Origin: Cyanobacteria bacterium P01_D01_bin.156 | GTDB taxonomy: Bacteria; Cyanobacteriota; Cyanobacteriia; Phormidesmidales; Phormidesmidaceae | DNA length: 64,000 bases | Assembly (NCBI GenBank): GCA_039024555.1 | Contig: JBCCQQ010000008.1 | Span: 72,736-136,735 of the forward strand | Direction: 5' to 3' | Part shown: one piece after another, positions 29,409 to 37,281 of the stretch | Position numbering within the stretch: the first letter of the stretch is position 1 | Layout of the letters: each line of letters opens with the position of its first letter | Translations under genes and position numbers: made by a program | The notes under the pieces: model-generated | What the model saw: only the letters and a program-made list of their open reading frames with translations | The model's database searches: none | What the model was told of the DNA's origin: nothing

Positions 29409-29949
29409 TCAGATTGCATCCACAATAGCTACTACCCATACCAGGGAAAGCTCGGTGACGCCAGAAACGACGCTTAATATGACGACACCAGATAACGCAC
29501 CCAAGACCCTGGATTTACTCGTGCCCTGGGATATTCCCCTGGAGTACTCGTTGAACGATACAGAAAAACAGAAGATTCAAATTATATTGGAACAGCTTTT
29601 GTACGCGTTAAATACAAAAGATTCTTCCCAGGCACTCGCTCAGGTAGAACAATTACTCACCACTCTGCCCATACCCAACACTAAGCTAGCCCAGGTGCAG
29701 TCCACCAAGACCTCTCTCAGCACCGACGATGTGGACGACTACGACCAGTACTTTGGTATTAATCATGTCCAAACTGACGAGACTTCCCTTTGTCTGGTGA
29801 GAGGACTATTAACTAACTGTCATCGATTTATTGCACTTTGCCATCAAAATTCTCAGCTTTCATCCAAGCATGTTGAACAACAAAAACAGGGGTTTATTAG
29901 CTATATCCATCTACTAGCAAGAGTCTTTTACCTGGAAGCGTTGTCATGA
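29401..29949 (+). CDS. Hypothetical helical protein coupled to the downstream heme protein (start uncertain)
   Basis: 182-aa ORF overlapping mbtH and sharing an ATGA with 29946; no recognised motif. Confidence 0.6.
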   Translation: MISQIASTIATTHTRESSVTPETTLNMTTPDNAPKTLDLLVPWDIPLEYSLNDTEKQKIQIILEQLLYALNTKDSSQALAQVEQLLTTLPIPNTKLAQVQSTKTSLSTDDVDDYDQYFGINHVQTDETSLCLVRGLLTNCHRFIALCHQNSQLSSKHVEQQKQGFISYIHLLARVFYLEALS

Positions 29950-30509
29950 ATCAGACCACCCCCCAAGCCATCTGGCAAGGATTTCACTGGTCCTTTTTTA
30001 TCAATGTTCAGGGCTTAATTATCAGCCTTAGACGGTTTGAAGCTCAACTGGCCCTTGGCAACCTGGACCAAGCCGAACAAGAGTTAGTGACTGCAACAGA
30101 CTTGATGTTGGCATCTGGGGCCTCTATGGAACTGGCTGGCAGCTTTAGCCGGGATGCCTACGAACAAGATGTACGACAGTCCATGACACCCCCTCAAGTA
30201 CGCGCCGACAACTTTAGCGGTCTAATGTCGTGGGAACATGCGGCTCTGATGCAGATTTGGAAGCGACTGCGGCCAACATTTGAGGCCCTGCCCAATGAGT
30301 TAAAGCCACAACACGATAAGTTTGTACAAGCCTATTTTGAACTTGCCAAGTCTCATCGTGCTATCTGTGAAAAATTTGGTGGCAGCGAGGGTGGCAGCCT
30401 TCGATTTGGCCAAAGCTGCGCAGTCGCCACCCTCGATAAATTTAAAGATAGTCGTCTGGGATTAATTGCCCCTAAGCCACGGTCTGATTGTCCCTTTCAC
30501 ATGAATTAA
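29946..30509 (+). CDS. Putative heme-dependent aromatic (tyrosine) hydroxylase, SfmD/TyrH-like
   Basis: H98-x38-H137-xxx-C141; the Y...VR.SM....FSG segment and H..I..K...G.SL tail resemble the histidine-ligated heme aromatic oxygenase family (compared from memory). Confidence 0.65.
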   Translation: MNQTTPQAIWQGFHWSFFINVQGLIISLRRFEAQLALGNLDQAEQELVTATDLMLASGASMELAGSFSRDAYEQDVRQSMTPPQVRADNFSGLMSWEHAALMQIWKRLRPTFEALPNELKPQHDKFVQAYFELAKSHRAICEKFGGSEGGSLRFGQSCAVATLDKFKDSRLGLIAPKPRSDCPFHMN

Positions 30510-30604
30510 GTATGAGGTTAAACCTTGTCCACAACCAAAACTGAAATTTTTCCGAAGAATAATAGATAAGAGTATTTGTTCAAGGCTAAAAACACATAAA
30601 ACAA

Positions 30605-30639
30605 AATCAACCAAGCAATTGTGTTTTACTTGGTTGATT
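30605..30639. terminator. Inverted repeat between convergent genes, possible bidirectional terminator
   Basis: AATCAACCAAG (30605-30615) and CTTGGTTGATT (30629-30639) form perfect 11-bp arms in AT-rich flanks. Confidence 0.55.
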
Positions 30640-30684
30640 AAAATATTTTGCATAAACAATTTAACTGACCTTACATTTCAAAAC

Positions 30685-30840
30685 CTACATTGGTCCACCG
30701 CCAAACAAATGTCTGCCTGTTTGCGAACACCAATAAATAAGACCACCATTTACAACTTCGGCTTGCTTATCAGAAAGAGATTTCCATAGCACCGCTTTGA
30801 CTGTTTCGTTTTCTTTAGATAGTTGCATACATTTAGACAT
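30685..30840 (-). CDS. Small double-glycine-leader precursor peptide (bacteriocin/RiPP-like), 51 aa
   Basis: Manual translation MSKCMQLSKENETVKAVLWKSLSDKQAEVVNGG-LIYWCSQTGRHLFGGGPM*; below the ORF-track size cutoff. Confidence 0.65.
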   Translation of the reverse strand: MSKCMQLSKENETVKAVLWKSLSDKQAEVVNGGLIYWCSQTGRHLFGGGPM

Positions 30841-31139
30841 GGAATTTCAACCTGATAACTAGAAAGAACAATCAGAACCCTTAGTGCATTCACAAGATTC
30901 ATCTATTCGATTCTATTTTGCTATTAATACACCTACAAGGCAGTAGTACTCTCACTTAATTTCTGGCTGATAGTTTATAGACCTAGGATAAACAGAACAC
31001 ATCAATTGTGAAGCTTTACCATCTTATTTCGACTGGCATCCATAATCTCCGTATTTATCGGAGTCGAGGATTCTAGCTCAATCATATTGGGCGATAACGT
31101 TTAGAAAGCAGAAAGAGTCAAGGATAGAGCATAATTTAC

Positions 31140-31226
31140 CGTTACTGATTCAGAGGATAAAAAGATCTGTAGAACTTATCAATTGTCTGAATATGACAAA
31201 AAAAATTATCCTTTGAATCAGCAACG
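31140..31226. mobile_element. MITE-like element with 21-bp imperfect terminal inverted repeats
   Basis: CGTTACTGATTCAGAGGATAA (31140-31160) versus reverse complement of 31206-31226, CGTTGCTGATTCAAAGGATAA: 19/21 identical; non-coding interior. Confidence 0.5.
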
Positions 31227-31279
31227 CCCATAATTCTTTCCCAACCTGTCGGTTAAAACTCTGACATTGTATGGCAAGC

Positions 31280-31747
31280 CTATTGCTCAAACTTCTTGGC
31301 AATAAGTGCATCTAACGACCACTGCCCTGGACCGTTAGCCAAAAGGAATAAGTACAGCGCACCGTAGAGCGATGCAGTTTCTAATGGAGTAACTTTTAGG
31401 CCATTACCTTTAATGTGAAAGAAAATAGCCACACCCATCGTCGCTAACAAGGCTAAAGCATTCGGGCGCGTTAAAAATCCTAAAATGATTAATCCAGCGC
31501 TGATTACTTCCACATAAGCGGCACAGTAAGTAAAAAAGACTGGATACGGTAGCCCAATGTAGCTAACCACGTTATCAGCAAAGCCTTGAATATCCGCTAA
31601 CTTATCCAAGCCATTGTGAATCATCAAGCCGCCTGCCGCCAGTCGGACAATCAGCCAAACAATCTGAAATAAAGAACTATCAGATTTACCAGGGGCGAAT
31701 AGCTTTTGAGGTAAAGAGGATGAAGGTGTGATATCTGAGGATGACAT
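31280..31747 (-). CDS. DoxX family membrane protein
   Basis: RLAAGGLMIHNGLDKL, EVISAGLIILGFLTR, GPGQWSLD. ATG at 31747 preferred over TTG at 31795. Confidence 0.85.
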   Translation of the reverse strand: MSSSDITPSSSLPQKLFAPGKSDSSLFQIVWLIVRLAAGGLMIHNGLDKLADIQGFADNVVSYIGLPYPVFFTYCAAYVEVISAGLIILGFLTRPNALALLATMGVAIFFHIKGNGLKVTPLETASLYGALYLFLLANGPGQWSLDALIAKKFEQ

Positions 31748-31777
31748 AGGAATTAAAAATGGAAAGCTACATACATT

Positions 31778-31796
31778 ATTGCAATTTATTCTCAAC
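31778..31796. promoter_or_regulatory. Fur-like box upstream of doxX
   Basis: ATTGCAATTTATTCTCAAC, 19-bp imperfect palindrome with an ATTCTCAA half-site. Confidence 0.55.
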
Positions 31797-32166
31797 AGAG
31801 CAGTATTTCAGATATCAATCTTCGAACTAGTCTTATCTCATCATATTTGGACTATTTTTAGTGGCAAGGTCGTCTGTTGAATGGTCTGAACAATCGCTGG
31901 TTCAGACCATTCTGGACTAAATTTAGTAACAACCAACGCAGCTTTTTCAGCGATCGCAGCTGCGCTTAAATCTTGCTCATATAGAATCTCCAGGGCTCCT
32001 AAAACAAACCGTACGATACGCAGTGATCACAAAGATTCCGTAAGGTTAACCATCAATAATGGAGTCATTGAAACTCCGTAGGTTGGCATTTGTCATTAGT
32101 GATGGCTTCTCAAATTCTGAATATAATTAATTGGTCTACCGGCCAAGAAAGATTCAATATTTCGAT

Positions 32167-32367
32167 ATGAGGATATCTCCACGCTCGATACTCAATATGG
32201 CATTTATCGGCTTAAGTATTCTATTAAGCCTTAACGCATATGGTCACTTTATACTTCACCAACCTGCAGCTGTACCGTTTTCTAATCAGTGGTGGTCCAC
32301 TTGGGCTCCATGTTATATGGGTTGGATTGCAGTTTTAGGAGTAGGGCGATTAAGAAGATGTCGATAG
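32167..32367 (+). CDS. Hypothetical small membrane protein
   Basis: Two hydrophobic stretches; ATG at 32167 is in frame with the tracked ORF. Confidence 0.4.
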   Translation: MRISPRSILNMAFIGLSILLSLNAYGHFILHQPAAVPFSNQWWSTWAPCYMGWIAVLGVGRLRRCR

Positions 32368-32389
32368 TGGAAGGTTCTCCCAAAGACTT

Positions 32390-33199
32390 TTACCGACTTG
32401 TTGATGGAGTATATGCCCAAACCTCAAACTTTGCTGTTGAAGATAGCTCAGTTGTGCTTGGGCCATAGTATCTGATACAAAACTCTTCGAATTCTTCTAC
32501 AGCAAGCTGAAAAATGTCATCCGGTGCCCACCAGCAGAAGCCATAGGCACGCGATCTAATATTGCTTAGCAGCTCTTCAACAGTATTCTTGACGATCCAT
32601 TCTTTAGCAATCTGATAGGTAGATTGGTAGCCCTTATGGCGCAAGTAGAGATCAGTATCTTCAATCAAGTTATCAAGTATCTTGGGAAATTTCACCTCTT
32701 CATACTTTGAGAGAATGCGTTTGAAGTGCATTGAGAACTCTTTGTGCGCAGGTGGGGTATTCCATTGAGCATTGAGATAAAAACTTTCAGGCTTTAGAAC
32801 CCTGGCAACCTCGTCAAGAAAGGTTTGCCAATTCGAGACGGTATGAATCATATGAACAGTAAGGGCCACGTCAAAACTGGAATCTGGAAAGGGCAGTTTT
32901 GACGCATCTGCCTGAAGCAGAGTTAGGTTTGGGGGCATCGGTTGCAGTTTTTGCCTAAACTGGTCGAGCATTTCTTTGGAAATATCGATGCCAGTAACCG
33001 GGTAGCCCCGTTTGACCAATGGGAGAACATTTAAGCCTGTACCCACACCGGGTTCTAAAAAACAGGTACTGGGGGTCGCCTTGACCAGAGCCAGAATAAC
33101 GTCGGCAACATCTTCAGCAACGTGCTCGGTCATCCAGCGAGTTTGATCATAAATTGAGGCTATTGCGTTGTAGTAATTTGGCTTAACCATCTCAGGCAA
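32390..33199 (-). CDS. Class I SAM-dependent methyltransferase
   Basis: FLEPGVGTG, GIDISKEML, LPFPDSSFD, RVLKP. Confidence 0.88.
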   Translation of the reverse strand: MPEMVKPNYYNAIASIYDQTRWMTEHVAEDVADVILALVKATPSTCFLEPGVGTGLNVLPLVKRGYPVTGIDISKEMLDQFRQKLQPMPPNLTLLQADASKLPFPDSSFDVALTVHMIHTVSNWQTFLDEVARVLKPESFYLNAQWNTPPAHKEFSMHFKRILSKYEEVKFPKILDNLIEDTDLYLRHKGYQSTYQIAKEWIVKNTVEELLSNIRSRAYGFCWWAPDDIFQLAVEEFEEFCIRYYGPSTTELSSTAKFEVWAYTPSTSR

Positions 33200-33256
33200 A
33201 TTACCTTCGAGATTTAACGGATACTAAGAATTCAATTTCCATAGAGCTAAGCCCAG

Positions 33257-33652
33257 CTACTGACCTATCCGAAACACATGCCCATCAGGATATCTGACAT
33301 GAAATTCTCTGACGCCCCAAGGCATATCTTCGGGAGGAAAGACAACCTCAATGCCGTGCTCAATAGCAAGAGCGTATAGCTGATCTACATTCTCTACCCA
33401 AATGGACATCCAGACTCCCTTGTCTTGGGTTTCATCCCCTCCCGGACCAAATGTACTTGAGTTGTTACCTTTACCACGACCACCCTGTCCATCCTGGCAT
33501 AGAAAAATCTCACATTCTCCAGAACCTATTGCCCCAAATCCCGGTGGATCACCCCAATCCCACAGTTTCGTCCATCCCAGCTGGTCAAACCATTCAAAGC
33601 TTTCTTGCAAACTTGAAACATTTAGAATTGGGGTAATTGCTTTGGCTTTCAT
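33257..33652 (-). CDS. VOC/glyoxalase/bleomycin-resistance family protein
   Basis: ITPILNV, WVENVD, PEDMPWGVREFHVRYPDGHVFRI. Confidence 0.85.
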   Translation of the reverse strand: MKAKAITPILNVSSLQESFEWFDQLGWTKLWDWGDPPGFGAIGSGECEIFLCQDGQGGRGKGNNSSTFGPGGDETQDKGVWMSIWVENVDQLYALAIEHGIEVVFPPEDMPWGVREFHVRYPDGHVFRIGQ

Positions 33653-33912
33653 AAATTCATAACCTCTAGTTCTAAAATCCTGAGTTCTGTCTGTTCTTTC
33701 AGTCCGTATAAAATTCTTATCCTTGTAGTATCAAACATAAAGGTTTTACCGTTGCATCTAGCTCTGAATCAGCCATTCACGGCTCATAGTTCATCAGCTG
33801 AAATCCAGCAAAATAAAAAACTCTCGACGTATTATCTATAACAATCTTTTAACTCTGTCATTAGGAAAGAAAGTAGATTCTCCATAGCATTGCTCACATC
33901 TTTTACCTAGTC

Positions 33913-34341
33913 CTAAACCGCTCTTTGAAAGACCATCCTAACTGCTCGTCCTTCTTCACCCCAAGGGGCAATATTAGTCATTTGCAGAACCAAACTACCG
34001 TCCGGTCTCTTCGAGAGCTTACTGCGCCAACCCCAGGGAGGACCTGAGGGGTCACCATAGGAATAGTGCACAGTGAAAAGGCCCCAAGCTTCTGCCAAGT
34101 CTAGACATTGTACTGGTGTTTTCTGATGCCAACTATCTACCCAAGTAGCACTACTTTCATGAAATGTAAAAGACCCTGTTTTTATTTCGTCCTCGTAAAC
34201 CCATGTATAGGAAAGAACATTCGCCTCTATTTGCAGAGTGCATTCACTAACATCAGCGTTATTACCGGCAGGATCAAGCCACAACTCAGCTGTACCTTTC
34301 CACTTCGTTTCCTGAAAATCATTGAGCCATAATTGAGCCAT
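33913..34341 (-). CDS. Hypothetical beta-rich protein (DUF1579-like)
   Basis: WKGTAELWLDP, WVDSWH, PPWGWR, MTNIAPWGEE; family assignment tentative. Confidence 0.6.
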   Translation of the reverse strand: MAQLWLNDFQETKWKGTAELWLDPAGNNADVSECTLQIEANVLSYTWVYEDEIKTGSFTFHESSATWVDSWHQKTPVQCLDLAEAWGLFTVHYSYGDPSGPPWGWRSKLSKRPDGSLVLQMTNIAPWGEEGRAVRMVFQRAV

Positions 34342-34402
34342 TTTACATATCCTTCACGAATATTATCTGCTGCTTTTAGCGTCACAGTTATGCTTGGTTA
34401 AG

Positions 34403-34768
34403 CTACAGATTGTTTCCAATCCTCCACAACACACCCGTCGGATCCGTCAAGGTAAAATCACGCATTTTCCAGTCTCTATCTTCTGGGTTACCAAGCTTGA
34501 CGTTATATTTTTCTACGACTTGTTTGTCGCTAATTCGCTGCCACCAGTCATTGGCACTCTCCACGAGCAGATGCATCATAAAATTATCAGCATGCTCTTT
34601 AACATAAAAATTTTGAAGAAGAAAGCTACTACTTCCTGCTGTGAAATATGCCAAATCACTATCAGACCACTTTAATTCAAAGCCAATATCAACATAAAAT
34701 TTTTGGCTTAGGTTAAAATCTCTAGATGGCACGAACGCCTTTGCTTCGATTGTTTGATAGTTTGGCAT
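34403..34768 (-). CDS. VOC/glyoxalase family protein
   Basis: AFVPSRDFNLSQKFY..IGF, PEDRDWKMRDFTLTDPTGVLWRI. Confidence 0.85.
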   Translation of the reverse strand: MPNYQTIEAKAFVPSRDFNLSQKFYVDIGFELKWSDSDLAYFTAGSSSFLLQNFYVKEHADNFMMHLLVESANDWWQRISDKQVVEKYNVKLGNPEDRDWKMRDFTLTDPTGVLWRIGNNL

Positions 34769-34886
34769 TTTCCTTATCCCTTTAAATATTATCTCAACAA
34801 CATAACGATCAGATTTACGTCCACAAGGTGGCCTCTCTACATCCCCCCCTTTTCAGCACTCTTTGCACCATATCTAGCAATCGTAG

Positions 34887-35462
34887 TTAGGCCTTGATGT
34901 AACCCAGATAAAAACAACAAAGTTCTTCATTACTATTGAATGGAACCTCGTCATCAAATAGTCTCTCAAGTTTATCCACCGTCCCATGCCATCCTGCAGT
35001 GACTGAGGACCAAATTGTTCCAGGGCCACCAGACTGTTGTTCAAATTTCGTCGGCATGCCATTAATAGCTTCGGAAGCAAGGACAGTCGGCCCAAAAGTA
35101 TCCAAAAACATAAAAGTTGTTTCATTGTCACCCTTGGCCTCTAACTCGAATCTCATTCCTCCCGTTCCACGATAAGAGCCTCTTGGCTCATTGAGAGCGA
35201 TATAACGAAGTGGCTCATAGCTGGTGATTGTATTATCCCAATGATGACTGAAGAGGCCATCAATCCTGAGATTAAACACCCTAGGAGGCACTATCCACCA
35301 CTTTTCTAGACCTTCTTTAGTGCTTACCGCTTGCCAGACCTGCCCAATAGGCGCTTGTACATACCTCACCCAGCACATCGCATAAGCAGTTATCAAGTGG
35401 CCTACTCGGTCAAAACGTATCTCTAAAGTACTTTCCATAAGGCCCTGATGCCTTTCGTTCAA
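34887..35462 (-). CDS. SRPBCC/AHSA1-like domain protein (start uncertain)
   Basis: RYVQAPIGQVWQAVSTKEGLEKWW and C-terminal AGWH..VDKL helix. Confidence 0.65.
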   Translation of the reverse strand: MNERHQGLMESTLEIRFDRVGHLITAYAMCWVRYVQAPIGQVWQAVSTKEGLEKWWIVPPRVFNLRIDGLFSHHWDNTITSYEPLRYIALNEPRGSYRGTGGMRFELEAKGDNETTFMFLDTFGPTVLASEAINGMPTKFEQQSGGPGTIWSSVTAGWHGTVDKLERLFDDEVPFNSNEELCCFYLGYIKA

Positions 35463-35743
35463 GGATATATACTTACGAGGCTACTCAAACTTACCACACA
35501 ATAAAACATTTGTACTGCCAAAAGTGTTTACCATGAAGCGTACTGTGTGAAACGTTATGATGACAAATCTTGCGTCAAAGCAATGACCTTCAAAGTCAGT
35601 TGCATAGCGCAGTATATTTTCAACTCCAGATTCGTCAGTATCCGCAAACGCTAATATAGCAAATGAGCCTACACATAGGTCTGTTGAATGAAGTGATCAT
35701 ATCGAGCATTCGCACCTTCAGACGCGCTACGCTTAGCACTTAT

Positions 35744-35762
35744 ATTGAGAATAATTCTACCT
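35744..35762. promoter_or_regulatory. Fur-like box upstream of tyrosinase
   Basis: ATTGAGAATAATTCTACCT, with a complete ATTGAGAAT half-site about 90 nt before the start. Confidence 0.5.
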
Positions 35763-35853
35763 ATGAGCGTGCTAATTTATAGAGCTATAGCTCTTCGGAT
35801 GCTCCGTTTGTGAGAGCCATACCTGTTCGTTTTTAGTCTAACGACATTTTTCT

Positions 35854-37179
35854 GTGCTTCAAAGACTGAATTCTACATTTTCGTTTTCAAAGAAGTTAAC
35901 GCTGAGTTTTTTTATTGGCGTGATTTTGGTAGTTGCGATCGCAATCATTGCCCTTTCCAGGCTGCACGATAATTCTGGAGTTTACTATCCTCCTCCCCCA
36001 AATGCCACCGGTCCGGAGCTGGTTTTTCCAAATCTTTCCCAGTCTCAAGAACGCCATATACGTAAAAGCGTGACCGCGCTAACCCCAGAAGAAAAGTTCG
36101 CTTTTGTTACTGCCGTCAACACTCTACAATCAACATATCCTGAGGGCTCGCGGCTCAGCCTATACGAACAGTTTGTAGTTCAACATATTTTAACCATGGG
36201 ATTTCGTCAGAGCTTGGGAGCCACCGGTCCGGCTCGCGGGAATCCCGCCCACAGTTATCCAGCGTTTTTGCCTTGGCATCGACAGTTCCTACTCGACTTT
36301 GAGCAGGCGCTGCAGACAGTCGATGAAAGTATCACTATTCCTTACTGGGACTGGACCGATCCAGATGCGCTTAACGTGATGCTACAAGAAGATTTTTTGG
36401 GAACATCAGGGCAAGGTACCTTTGTTGAAGTTCCTGAACACGGACGCTTTGAGGGCGGTGAGGTAAAAACTAGCCCATTCGCAGCATGGCAGCTCAACGA
36501 AACTCTCCACTTTGATGCCATGACATTAGAGTCGTTAGGACCTCATCTGCTCAGGTTTTCTACGTTGCCGCCGTTTGATAGCTATCCCTTACCTCAGAGT
36601 GAAATCAACAGTCTCTTTAATACCGACAACTATGAAGTGTTTAATGCACTGATTGAAGGTGCACTAGTGCCGGATAATAATGCTAACTCAGATTATGTTC
36701 CTGGTTGGGCGCTACATGCCTTTGCCCACTCTATTATCGGTGGTAGTCAAGTCGATTGGACTGATTGGAACCAAGGGATTGCGCACCAAACGGATATTTT
36801 AGGCACAATGGACAGCATCCCCTGCTCTCCTTACGATCCTATTTTTTGGCTACATCACGCCAATGTGGATCGCCTTTGGGCGCAGTGGCAAGATGACGGA
36901 CACAGTGGTGATGCATTTTATCCAGCAAGCGAACGACCCTTTGGTCATAATCTCTCTGATCCAATGTGGCCCTGGGACGGTGGGCTATCTTCTCCCGGTA
37001 ACTACGGTCCTAAAAATGCAAACCTGACAGAGATGTTTACGCCCCCAGCAGCTACCAAGATTGTTAGCGCGCAAGATGTCTTAGATTTTCGTCAGCTAGG
37101 CTATACCTATACAGATTTAGCTGATGGCACAGAAGCAATAGATAAGACAGAGAACCGTGAGATAGTCCCAGCTTTATAA
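35854..37179 (+). CDS. Tyrosinase (type-3 dicopper oxidase) with N-terminal membrane anchor
   Basis: CuA region QH...AHSYPAFLPWHR, IPYWDW; CuB region HAFAH...DPIFWLHHANVDRLW; hydrophobic N-terminal helix. Confidence 0.92.
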   Translation: MLQRLNSTFSFSKKLTLSFFIGVILVVAIAIIALSRLHDNSGVYYPPPPNATGPELVFPNLSQSQERHIRKSVTALTPEEKFAFVTAVNTLQSTYPEGSRLSLYEQFVVQHILTMGFRQSLGATGPARGNPAHSYPAFLPWHRQFLLDFEQALQTVDESITIPYWDWTDPDALNVMLQEDFLGTSGQGTFVEVPEHGRFEGGEVKTSPFAAWQLNETLHFDAMTLESLGPHLLRFSTLPPFDSYPLPQSEINSLFNTDNYEVFNALIEGALVPDNNANSDYVPGWALHAFAHSIIGGSQVDWTDWNQGIAHQTDILGTMDSIPCSPYDPIFWLHHANVDRLWAQWQDDGHSGDAFYPASERPFGHNLSDPMWPWDGGLSSPGNYGPKNANLTEMFTPPAATKIVSAQDVLDFRQLGYTYTDLADGTEAIDKTENREIVPAL

Positions 37180-37281
37180 GCTTTAGACTACGACCAGGTG
37201 GTTGTACAGCACAAACCTCTGACTAATTCGGTTATTGGTTCTGACGTTCAAGCAATTCAGCTTTCTGTTTTTCCAAAGATT

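Noticed and set aside
1..30509. Naming the cluster as the anachelin cluster or another known compound
   Set aside because: Predicted Ala-thiazole-Gly-D-Ala-Ser order does not match anachelin, the starter modules are outside the window, and I cannot run a MIBiG comparison.
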